Positions 1-6,634 of a stretch of DNA of 26,399 nt are shown one piece after another. Position 1 is the stretch's first letter. Each line of letters begins with the position of its first letter. The DNA comes from a virus. Its lineage: Duplodnaviria > Caudoviricetes. The stretch lies in the IMG/VR virus record IMGVR_UViG_3300005611_000171, positions 1 to 26,399 of that record; one strand, given 5' to 3'. Made by a program: the position numbers and the translations under genes. The notes below the pieces were generated by a model, which saw only the letters and a list, made by a program, of their open reading frames with translations, did not search any database and was not told the origin of the DNA.

Positions 1-366
1 ATGATTGGGTTAGTCACAGCTATCACGAACTTGGCAGGTACATGGGTCAGTGCCAAGGCGGAATCAACCAAGGCCACCGCAGAGGCCAAAGCCACCGCAC
101 TGAAAACAGCAGCACAGTCCACTGCGGATTGGGAACGCATCATGGCGGAAGCATCCAAGAACAGTTGGAAAGACGAGTGGCTGACTATCGTGTTCAGCAT
201 TCCTCTGATTCTTGTTTTTATACCAAGCATGGTCACACATATACAGGCGGGGTTCGATGCCTTGGCTACTTTACCGACTTGGTATCATGAAATCTTAATG
301 GTTATTGTTCTAGCCTCATTTGGCGTGAAGGCCGGAAAGGGCATCATGGAAATGGTGAAGAAATGA
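1..366 (+). CDS. Putative holin (3TM / GTA-holin-like)
   Basis: 121 aa. Amphipathic N-terminus, SWKDEW motif, then two hydrophobic segments (WLTIVFSIPLILVFIP; ILMVIVLASFGV) and a basic C-terminus. Stop overlaps the endolysin start (ATGA). Confidence 0.7.
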   Translation: MIGLVTAITNLAGTWVSAKAESTKATAEAKATALKTAAQSTADWERIMAEASKNSWKDEWLTIVFSIPLILVFIPSMVTHIQAGFDALATLPTWYHEILMVIVLASFGVKAGKGIMEMVKK

Positions 367-740
367 GTTGGGAATCACCGTATTTCTCAAGTGAGGAAAT
401 GTCATGCTCACATACTGGATTGGAAAAGATGGACGCAAGGTTTATGGAGATGCTGACAGAACTCCGTGTGGCTTATGCGAAACCATTGCGCGTGACATCG
501 GCTTACAGAGACGCAACACACCCAATCGAGGCAAAGAAATCGAAACCAGGCGCACACGCAACAGGCAAGGCTGCCGATATTGCAGTGGAACGTGGTGATG
601 CATACGAAGTGCTTAAAATCGCGTTAGAAATAGGATTTACAGGTATTGGTGTAGCGCAGAAAGGATCGGGGCGTTTTCTGCATTTAGATATTTGTGAGCC
701 GGAAGATGGAATGATTCGCCCAACAGTCTGGAGTTATTGA
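363..740 (+). CDS. Endolysin, peptidase M15 family (Zn-dependent)
   Basis: Motifs YFSxxExxC, VTSAYR, GAHxxGxAADI, GIG and FLHLD are typical of Peptidase_M15_3. Adjacent to the holin. Confidence 0.85.
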   Translation: MSWESPYFSSEEMSCSHTGLEKMDARFMEMLTELRVAYAKPLRVTSAYRDATHPIEAKKSKPGAHATGKAADIAVERGDAYEVLKIALEIGFTGIGVAQKGSGRFLHLDICEPEDGMIRPTVWSY

Positions 741-752
741 AGGAGCGAATAC

Positions 753-1937
753 ATGGCTAAGGGAACACAACTTGATCCTAAGTTGTTGGAGTTTTGTAAA
801 ACAGAACAACAAAGGCAGAAGTTAGAAGCTATTATTGAATGTGGGTCAATGCAAGCTGCTGCTAGAGCCTTGAATATGAACTACGCTACGATTCACGAGG
901 CAGTTCAAAAGGTTAAGCGACACGCAGAAAGCCGTGGCTATTCACCAGAACACGATCTAAGCCATGTCCTACCAGAAACGCTAAAACTCAGAGGCACATC
1001 TACCCTTTATCACCCTGAGAAGGGAATGATGATGCAATGGGTGAAAACCCGCGCTGATGAAGAAGCACAAGCCAAAGCAGTATTAGAAGGAATTAAAGAT
1101 GCCCTACAAGAGTTTGCAGGACTGGCAGAACCAGTTCGTCACTGTGGATTCTCTGAAGAAGAAACTTGTGCGGTCTACGGTATGGGCGATGCTCACTTTG
1201 GAATGTTGGCTCATCAAGATGAAACTCAGAATGGTGATTTCGATTCGGAAATTGCATATCGCGTCATGCAAGGTGCTGTGGACTACCTTACGAAAGCTGC
1301 TCCTGCGACTAAGGAAGCTGTGTTCATAAATGTCGGTGATGCACTGCACGTTGATAACCGATCGAACAAGACACCTAGTCACGGACATCAACTCGATGCT
1401 GACACAAGGTACTACCGGATCATCAAGGTATTCGTCTGGGCAATGATCCACGCCATCAGGCGGATGCTAGAGAAGCACGAACATCTCACGGTCATTAACG
1501 CAGCAGGTAACCACGATCCAGATTCTACACAATGGATACAGTTAGCTCTGTCGCTGTACTTTGAGAATGAACCACGGGTGACGATTGTGCAGGATGCGTC
1601 TGCATACCACTTCTACTCATTCGGCAAGGTTCTGCTAGGTGTGACTCATGGTGACGGTGCAAAGATGGAAGAACTGCCTCAGATCATGGCGCATTTACGT
1701 CCGCAAGAGTGGGGTAACTCTACGCAAAGACGATGGATCACAGGTCACATCCACCACAAGACCGTGAAAGAGTTTAACGGCTGTACTGTCGAGTCGATGA
1801 ATACATTAGCACCTAGTGACGCTTGGCATAGCAAGTCTGGCTACTTTGCTGCCCGCGAGATGCAATGTATGATCTTCCACCAGGAGCATGGATTGGTTGC
1901 TAGAAACATTTGTCCAGTGGGATTGGCACATTCCTGA
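753..1937 (+). CDS. Calcineurin-like metallophosphoesterase with N-terminal HTH
   Basis: Complete motif set: GDAHFG, GDALHVD, GNHD, THGD, GHIHH. N-terminal GSMQAAARALNMNYATI is HTH-like. RBS AGGAG at 741-745. Confidence 0.85.
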   Translation: MAKGTQLDPKLLEFCKTEQQRQKLEAIIECGSMQAAARALNMNYATIHEAVQKVKRHAESRGYSPEHDLSHVLPETLKLRGTSTLYHPEKGMMMQWVKTRADEEAQAKAVLEGIKDALQEFAGLAEPVRHCGFSEEETCAVYGMGDAHFGMLAHQDETQNGDFDSEIAYRVMQGAVDYLTKAAPATKEAVFINVGDALHVDNRSNKTPSHGHQLDADTRYYRIIKVFVWAMIHAIRRMLEKHEHLTVINAAGNHDPDSTQWIQLALSLYFENEPRVTIVQDASAYHFYSFGKVLLGVTHGDGAKMEELPQIMAHLRPQEWGNSTQRRWITGHIHHKTVKEFNGCTVESMNTLAPSDAWHSKSGYFAAREMQCMIFHQEHGLVARNICPVGLAHS

Positions 1938-1951
1938 CAATTTGTTATAAA
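1923..1951 (+). promoter_or_regulatory. Possible sigma70 promoter for a small RNA
   Basis: TTGGCA(1923-28)-17 nt-TATAAA(1946-51) with TG extension. The last T of the -10 is missing, so this is weak. Confidence 0.35.
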
Positions 1952-1957
1952 GGTCAG

Positions 1958-2022
1958 GAGATTTCCCTTATCTCACTTCCGACTACTCCTCCTCTAGGCC
2001 ACAAGGATCGTGGCCTTTTTTT
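1958..2022 (+). ncRNA. Candidate CU-rich small RNA or structured 3' UTR
   Basis: Hairpin GAGAT-TTCCCTT-ATCTC, single-stranded ACTCCTCCTCT (anti-SD-like), then an intrinsic terminator. Confidence 0.3.
1996..2022 (+). terminator. Intrinsic terminator
   Basis: AGGCCAC-aaggatc-GTGGCCT followed by TTTTTT. Confidence 0.85.
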
Positions 2023-2023
2023 A

Positions 2024-2040
2024 TTAGACTAAAGTATTAC
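2024..2040. promoter_or_regulatory. Operator-like motif, copy 1 (degenerate)
   Basis: TTAGACTAAAGTATTAC. Resembles the copies at 5949 and 9351 and lies 10 nt upstream of a -35 box. Confidence 0.45.
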
Positions 2041-2050
2041 TACTTAACCT

Positions 2051-2079
2051 TTGCAACAAAAAATCATAAGACTTACTAT
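2051..2079 (+). promoter_or_regulatory. Sigma70-type promoter of the recombination operon
   Basis: TTGCAA(2051-56)-17 nt-TACTAT(2074-79), located after a terminator and before RBS AGGAG at 2097-2101. Confidence 0.7.
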
Positions 2080-2109
2080 TGTGGTGTTCATCACATAGGA
2101 GCGAATGAT

Positions 2110-2724
2110 ATGAACCAGTCGGAAACGATAACAAAATTGTCTGTGGCTTTAGTTAAAGCACAGGCTGAAATGTCAGGTGCAGTGAAAGATTCTGCAAATC
2201 CGTTCTTCAAGTCCAGATATGCCGATCTTGAGTCGGTCATCAACGCAATCAAAGAGCCGTTCGCAAAATACGGTCTGGCTTACACACAATTCCCTATCAA
2301 TGACGACAAAGGTGTTGGCGTAGTTACACGTTTGATTCACGAATCTGGTGAATGGCTAGAATGTGGCTACACATTGCCTTTGGGGTTCGTGAAAAAAGAC
2401 GGTGTAGTTGAACCAAGACTCGATCCTCAATCAGCCGGATCAGCAATCACCTATGCTCGCAGATACGCACTTCAGGCGATGGCAGGGATTCCTGCTGTCG
2501 ATGATGATGCAGAAATGGCTATGGGACGCACACAGAAGCCCGTAGGCGGGAAAATATCGCGCAAGCAAGCACAGACACTACATGATCTATTATCATCGAC
2601 TAAGGCGGATGTCAGTAAGTTCTGCGCTGTGTTCAATTGTTCAGATGTCGATTCGATGGAGGCAGGGTTTTATGACAAGGCACTCGCAATGCTTCAGAAG
2701 AAGGCTGCAACTCATGCTAAGTGA
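2110..2724 (+). CDS. erf: ERF-family ssDNA annealing protein
   Basis: NPFFKSRYADL and QSAGSAITYARRYAL..GI..DDDAE signatures. Confidence 0.9.
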   Translation: MNQSETITKLSVALVKAQAEMSGAVKDSANPFFKSRYADLESVINAIKEPFAKYGLAYTQFPINDDKGVGVVTRLIHESGEWLECGYTLPLGFVKKDGVVEPRLDPQSAGSAITYARRYALQAMAGIPAVDDDAEMAMGRTQKPVGGKISRKQAQTLHDLLSSTKADVSKFCAVFNCSDVDSMEAGFYDKALAMLQKKAATHAK

Positions 2725-2926
2725 TGTCTCAACATCGATCCTGTTCATGGAGTTACATAGAAGACTGGCTAGCCATTCGGTTGGTCAGTCAGTGGATCAG
2801 TTCTTTACTGATGTTGAGCAAGGCAATTCACAGACGTTTAGTCAGCTAGATGTGGCGTTACACGATACGTTTATTGCTCACGCGCAAGTCGTCTTACAGA
2901 GGATCGCAGACAATGAAGATTCTTGA
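2714..2926 (+). CDS. Hypothetical protein (70 aa)
   Basis: ATG at 2714, in frame with track ORF 2582..2926, fills the gap between erf and the exonuclease with short overlaps. Confidence 0.55.
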   Translation: MLSDVSTSILFMELHRRLASHSVGQSVDQFFTDVEQGNSQTFSQLDVALHDTFIAHAQVVLQRIADNEDS

Positions 2927-3521
2927 TTTAGAGCAAGGCACTTATGAATGGCTACAAGCCAGATTGGGATGTCCTAGCGGCTCTGGGTTCGCAAAATTGA
3001 TAACTTCTAGCGGACAGCCTTCATCATCGGCTGAGACGTATATCAATCAGTTGATCGCTGAGTTGATTACAGGTGAATCGACTTATGTGCAGAAGACCGA
3101 ATGGATGGAACGTGGCAACGAACTAGAGCCGATTGCCAGAATGAACTACGAACTGGAGACAGATTGTGAAGTCACTGAAGTTGGTTTCTGTATGCACGAC
3201 AGCCTTAAATGCGGTGTGTCACCTGATGGATTGGTTGGTGATGATGGTGGCCTTGAAATCAAATGCCCTGCTCCATCGACTCATGTTAAGTATCTACGGA
3301 AGGGAAGACTTCCGACAGAGTATAAAGCACAGGTCATGGGTTGCTTATGGATTACAGAAAGGGAATGGTGGGACTTCATGTCGTTTCATCCGCAAATGCC
3401 CAACTTGCTGATCCGTGTAGAACGTGATGAAGAATACATTGAACAACTTGAACGCCTGGTGACTCATGCTTGCCAGATCATTGAGAAAGAAGTAGCGGAA
3501 ATTAAGGAGAAGCTATTATGA
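2913..3521 (+). CDS. YqaJ / lambda-exonuclease-family protein
   Basis: EQGTYEWLQARLG, MERGNELEP, SPDGLV, LEIKCP, Y..QV motifs. Start moved to ATG 2913 (MKILDLEQ). Confidence 0.9.
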   Translation: MKILDLEQGTYEWLQARLGCPSGSGFAKLITSSGQPSSSAETYINQLIAELITGESTYVQKTEWMERGNELEPIARMNYELETDCEVTEVGFCMHDSLKCGVSPDGLVGDDGGLEIKCPAPSTHVKYLRKGRLPTEYKAQVMGCLWITEREWWDFMSFHPQMPNLLIRVERDEEYIEQLERLVTHACQIIEKEVAEIKEKLL

Positions 3522-3775
3522 GTGAACAATACGACAACAACCTCAGAGGTGCGCTGTTTAAGAACCGAAAGCGTACGGAAGAACGTCAGCCTGAGTACAC
3601 GGGTAACTGTGAAATCAATGGTCAGCAGTTCTGGGTATCTGCTTGGGTCAAAGAATCCAAGAACGGTGAGAAGTTCTTTTCGATGGCATACACGCCTAAA
3701 GAGCAGCCTGTAACATCCAGTGTTACACCTGTAACGTCAGACGTTACAAACGTAAATGACTCCATTCCTTTCTGA
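3518..3775 (+). CDS. Small SSB-like ssDNA-binding protein
   Basis: PEYTG...FWVSAW...GEKFFS core, low-complexity linker, acidic SSB-type C-terminal tail DSIPF. Adjacent to ERF and exonuclease. Confidence 0.65.
   Translation: MSEQYDNNLRGALFKNRKRTEERQPEYTGNCEINGQQFWVSAWVKESKNGEKFFSMAYTPKEQPVTSSVTPVTSDVTNVNDSIPF
3709..3748. repeat. Tandem pair of inverted repeats TGTAAC-N7-GTTACA (21-bp period)
   Basis: TGTAACAtccagTGTTACA (3709-27) and TGTAACGTcagACGTTACA (3730-48). Confidence 0.8.
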
Positions 3776-3778
3776 CAT

Positions 3779-3802
3779 AAAAAAGCCCGCGCAATGCGGG
3801 CT
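3779..3802 (-). terminator. Intrinsic terminator oriented on the minus strand
   Basis: Minus strand reads AGCCCGC-attgc-GCGGGCT-TTTTT. On + the stem is preceded by A6 and has no following T run. Confidence 0.75.
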
Positions 3803-3822
3803 ACCACTGGAGCGAACGTGGT
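3779..3822 (-). ncRNA. Candidate ~44-nt anti-RBS small RNA
   Basis: ACCAC-GUUCGCUCCA-GUGGU hairpin plus terminator, starting 7 nt downstream of TGcTATACT. The loop is complementary to the GGAGCGAA RBS motifs at 742 and 2098. Confidence 0.55.
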
Positions 3823-3828
3823 GTCGCT

Positions 3829-3837
3829 AGTATAGCA
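3829..3837 (-). promoter_or_regulatory. Extended -10 promoter (minus strand)
   Basis: Reverse complement reads TG-C-TATACT. Only a weak -35 (TTATCC) at 17-nt spacing. Confidence 0.55.
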
Positions 3838-3849
3838 CTGAGGCTTAGG

Positions 3850-4038
3850 ATGGATAAGACTTCATACAAGCTAACGGACGAAGATGTGCAACAGATTTGT
3901 GAATTGTTAGCAGAACAGGAACGGCTCAAGACGGAGTGGCGTAAGGTATCAAACCCATCTCTTGCAGATAAGTTTGGTGTCACGACTTCCACCATTGAGT
4001 ACATTAAACGCAACAAACTCAGGAAGTACGCAAAATGA
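3850..4038 (+). CDS. Small HTH DNA-binding protein
   Basis: KLTDEDVQQI...LADKFGVTTSTIEYI helix-turn-helix pattern. Confidence 0.7.
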   Translation: MDKTSYKLTDEDVQQICELLAEQERLKTEWRKVSNPSLADKFGVTTSTIEYIKRNKLRKYAK

Positions 4039-4220
4039 CAGTTGTACCAGGCCATTTTAAGCAGAACCATTTGCAGGAACTTGCACTCGATCTACTCGAT
4101 TGCATTCACGAAATGGGTAACGAACGCAGTCTGTCAGTACCAGAGGTGCTTGGCGTACTTGAACTGGTGAAAATCCAAATTATTGATGAAGCAAAAGATG
4201 CGGAGTATGACGATGAGTAA
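4035..4220 (+). CDS. Hypothetical protein
   Basis: ATGA-coupled to the upstream gene. LSVPEVLGVLELVK amphipathic helix, acidic tail. Confidence 0.65.
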   Translation: MTVVPGHFKQNHLQELALDLLDCIHEMGNERSLSVPEVLGVLELVKIQIIDEAKDAEYDDE

Positions 4221-4401
4221 GAACTTTCATGAACTGGATAAAATCAAACGTCATTTACGGATGGCAGATATTAAATTGGGCATGGGTAACATCAAGGAAT
4301 GTAAAGCAGAGGTCACTGCTGCAAACAAATTGCTAACTCAGGTGGAGAAAGACAGAAATGGCAAACATGACGAAAAGAGTCAGTCTAGTCGGGAAGGGTG
4401 A
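4213..4401 (+). CDS. Hypothetical protein
   Basis: ATG 4213 with GGAG upstream, in frame with track ORF 4183..4401. Confidence 0.55.
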   Translation: MSKNFHELDKIKRHLRMADIKLGMGNIKECKAEVTAANKLLTQVEKDRNGKHDEKSQSSREG

Positions 4402-4507
4402 TCGGCCTCGCAAGGTCAATCAGAAAAAATTCGGAGACAACTTTGACAAAATCTTCAACAAAAAAGACGAACAACCGTTGGGAACATCAATGGAAAAGAA
4501 AGATTGA
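4358..4507 (+). CDS. Small basic phage protein (49 aa; not in the ORF track)
   Basis: MANMTKRVSLVGKGDRPRKVNQKKFGDNFDKIFNKKDEQPLGTSMEKKD. The GKGxxPR...F..N(F/W)DxIF pattern is one I recall from small uncharacterised phage proteins. GGTGGAG upstream. Confidence 0.6.
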   Translation: MANMTKRVSLVGKGDRPRKVNQKKFGDNFDKIFNKKDEQPLGTSMEKKD

Positions 4508-4643
4508 ACCTGAAGATGTGGCTCTGATTCGTGCATTGCGTGATGAAGGGCTGCAACTGAAAGAAATCGCAGAGAAGTTTGATATTACCAAGTCACACGT
4601 TTGCAAAATTGTGAACATGAAAACATGGACGAACATCGTATGA
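4443..4643 (+). CDS. Small HTH DNA-binding protein
   Basis: EDVALIRAL..EGLQLKEIAEKFDITKSHVCKIV..KTW HTH. Start is uncertain: TTG 4443 has GGAG 6 nt upstream, while the track uses GTG 4398. Confidence 0.65.
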   Translation: MTKSSTKKTNNRWEHQWKRKIEPEDVALIRALRDEGLQLKEIAEKFDITKSHVCKIVNMKTWTNIV

Positions 4644-4846
4644 ACCGCGAAAAAGTGTTAAAGAAACTGAGAAAAACGTACATAAAAATGTTGAGGCGTT
4701 ATGCGCTTAGACATATGGAAAAGGCACATAAGCTTGAAGACAAGGCGATGCTGTTAGAACTGAAGCTGAAAGACCAACGTCAATTGGTTGATGAGATTGA
4801 CGAAGGATTCGATGCGCTGAAGGAGAAGAACACAAAACTGGTTTAA
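4640..4846 (+). CDS. Hypothetical basic / coiled-coil protein
   Basis: ATG 4640 overlaps the upstream stop (ATGA). In frame with track ORF 4601..4846. Confidence 0.6.
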   Translation: MNREKVLKKLRKTYIKMLRRYALRHMEKAHKLEDKAMLLELKLKDQRQLVDEIDEGFDALKEKNTKLV

Positions 4847-4962
4847 CAAATTTGTTATTTGCGTACTCATACTACGCATATCGGAATATTTTTAAACCGC
4901 CCATCGGAGGAGCAGCATAAAAAGCGAAAAATACGAAGTTTGACGTACAAATAAGGGGTTAT

Positions 4963-5403
4963 ATGAAAGATTCGGAAAGGTTTGTTATCACGCATGAAGG
5001 CGCACTGGATAACGCCTATCAGGTGATGAAGCATATGCTGTCTGAGAATGGATGGCTCAAGATTGAATGTAAGGCAGGAAACAGGACGTTAAGCCAGAAC
5101 GCATTATATTGGGTGTGGATCGCGCAGATCACGGATGAACTAAATAGACGTAACAAGTCAGACTTCAAGACTGATGAAATCCATCTGCGAATGAAGCACG
5201 ATTTCCTTGGTTACGATGATCCTAAGACCATTGGGAAGTCAGAGATACCTGCTCAACTGAAGTCCACAGCAAAGTTATCAAAAGGCGATATGTTCGCTTA
5301 CATGGAACGGATCGATATGTTTTGGGCGGAAAGAGGTGTGTTATTGGTTACTCCAGATGACTCTGTGTACGCACAACTCAAGGCAAAGAATGAAGGCCGT
5401 TAA
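4963..5403 (+). CDS. ninB: NinB/Orf-like recombination accessory protein
   Basis: RTLSQNALYWVW and STAKLSKGDMFAYMERI..F.AERGV motifs. RBS AAGGGG. Upstream of ninG. Confidence 0.75.
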   Translation: MKDSERFVITHEGALDNAYQVMKHMLSENGWLKIECKAGNRTLSQNALYWVWIAQITDELNRRNKSDFKTDEIHLRMKHDFLGYDDPKTIGKSEIPAQLKSTAKLSKGDMFAYMERIDMFWAERGVLLVTPDDSVYAQLKAKNEGR

Positions 5404-5977
5404 TAGACGCTGTTCTAACTGCCGGAAGAAGGTGGCTGCATCTGAGTCGATCATCTCTAGGTTTAAGGCGTTCTGCACCTACGAATGCCTTAAAGAGTAC
5501 ACAGAGAAAAACGCAGACAAGCTAGCCGACAAGACCAGGAAGCAAAAGCGTCAGGAAGATCGTGTCCGCAAGGAAAAGCTAAAGACCAAAGGCCAGTGGA
5601 CGAAAGAAGCGCAAGCAGCAGTTAATGCTTACGTTCGGTGGCGTGATCGAAACAAAAATTGTATTTCCTGCAATGCATCGCTGAAATCTGAAGCACTGGG
5701 TGGTGGCTATGACGCAGGGCATTACCGATCACGAGGTAGTGCGCCACATTTGCGTTTCAGAACTGACCAGATTTTCGGACAATGCAAGAAGTGCAATCGT
5801 TACTTGTCAGGCAATGTAGATAAAATGCGTGTCGGTATCGTCTGGCGTTACGGACAGGAATACCTAGATCGCATTGAAATGGATAACACGCCAAAGCATT
5901 ACAGCATTGATGACCTAAAACGCATCAAGCGCATTTTCACAAAGAAACTTAGACTAAGGTCTAATACAGATAATTGA
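5390..5977 (+). CDS. ninG: NinG/Rap-like structure-specific endonuclease
   Basis: AQAAVNAYVRWRD, CISC, DAGHYRSRGSAPHLRF, QCKKCNRYLSGN. Start moved to ATG 5390. Confidence 0.9.
   Translation: MKAVNRRCSNCRKKVAASESIISRFKAFCTYECLKEYTEKNADKLADKTRKQKRQEDRVRKEKLKTKGQWTKEAQAAVNAYVRWRDRNKNCISCNASLKSEALGGGYDAGHYRSRGSAPHLRFRTDQIFGQCKKCNRYLSGNVDKMRVGIVWRYGQEYLDRIEMDNTPKHYSIDDLKRIKRIFTKKLRLRSNTDN
5949..5968. promoter_or_regulatory. Operator-like palindrome, copy 2
   Basis: TTAGAC-TAAG-GTCTAA-TACA, a perfect 6-4-6 palindrome. Candidate -10 TAGTAT at 5988 and RBS AGGAG at 6011 follow. Confidence 0.6.
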
Positions 5978-6022
5978 TTTATGCCATTAGTATCGTTCTT
6001 GTAGTCAATCAGGAGATATCAA

Positions 6023-6235
6023 ATGAACTTAATCGGATTTAACCCAAATTACCCTGCGCTTTATATGTGTGAAGCATTATCATCAATCGTGGAAGTCAGC
6101 CATTGTTGGAGCGATGATGAAGTAGAAAGCATCATTGAGCAAGCAATGGTCTTAATCAATGAGCGCAGGAAAAGTTTTACTCAATATGAGTTGTCGAAGT
6201 TGAATATACTTTTGGGATTAGCAAACCGTCCATAA
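6023..6235 (+). CDS. Hypothetical protein
   Basis: Strong RBS AGGAG 7 nt upstream; 70 aa. Confidence 0.65.
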   Translation: MNLIGFNPNYPALYMCEALSSIVEVSHCWSDDEVESIIEQAMVLINERRKSFTQYELSKLNILLGLANRP

Positions 6236-6245
6236 GGGCGGTTTT
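6223..6245 (+). terminator. Possible weak intrinsic terminator
   Basis: AAACCGTCC-ataa-GGGCGGTTT(T) with a short T run, directly before the next RBS. Confidence 0.45.
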
Positions 6246-6254
6246 GGAGTTTTT

Positions 6255-6482
6255 ATGGCAGAGATGGTATCTGAGTTCCTGACCTCAGTAGACGATTTCG
6301 TAACATCAGAGTCGCATACTTGCATCTGGCAGTATCACAAGGCCACACACGATGAACCAGAAGAACTTAGCTTGGTATCTGTGGATGGCATGGACGAGAA
6401 GTGTTGTCCGAAAGACTTGTGGCAAGCTGCACTCAAAGAATATCCTGACAACATGAGGCCACTGACGGAATACGATGTATGA
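6255..6482 (+). CDS. Hypothetical acidic protein
   Basis: GGAG RBS upstream. ATGA coupling to the next ORF. Confidence 0.6.
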   Translation: MAEMVSEFLTSVDDFVTSESHTCIWQYHKATHDEPEELSLVSVDGMDEKCCPKDLWQAALKEYPDNMRPLTEYDV

Positions 6483-6625
6483 GCTACGACTTTCAAACAG
6501 AAATGGAATGCCTAGAGTGCGGATATAAATATTGGGCTGATCTGGACGAACGTCCAAAGTGTCCTAAATGCTCTGGTGTTAAGGTGATCGAAGTTCAAGT
6601 TGACGAACCTGATCCAGAAGCGTAA
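6479..6625 (+). CDS. Small zinc-ribbon protein (48 aa; not in the ORF track)
   Basis: MSYDFQTEMECLECGYKYWADLDERPKCPKCSGVKVIEVQVDEPDPEA. CxxC...CxxC pattern, ATGA overlap with the upstream stop. Confidence 0.7.
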   Translation: MSYDFQTEMECLECGYKYWADLDERPKCPKCSGVKVIEVQVDEPDPEA

Positions 6626-6628
6626 ATT
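6600..6628 (+). promoter_or_regulatory. Sigma70-type promoter of the structured leader / replication operon
   Basis: TTGACG(6600-05)-17 nt-TAAATT(6623-28). Predicted start ~6634-35 coincides with the first base of a long stem. Confidence 0.65.
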
Positions 6629-6634
6629 AAAAAA

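Noticed and set aside
42-598. Alternate-frame ORFs 42..290 and 404..598 as embedded spanins
   Set aside because: Neither has a signal peptide, lipobox or transmembrane segment. Spanins may lie outside the window.
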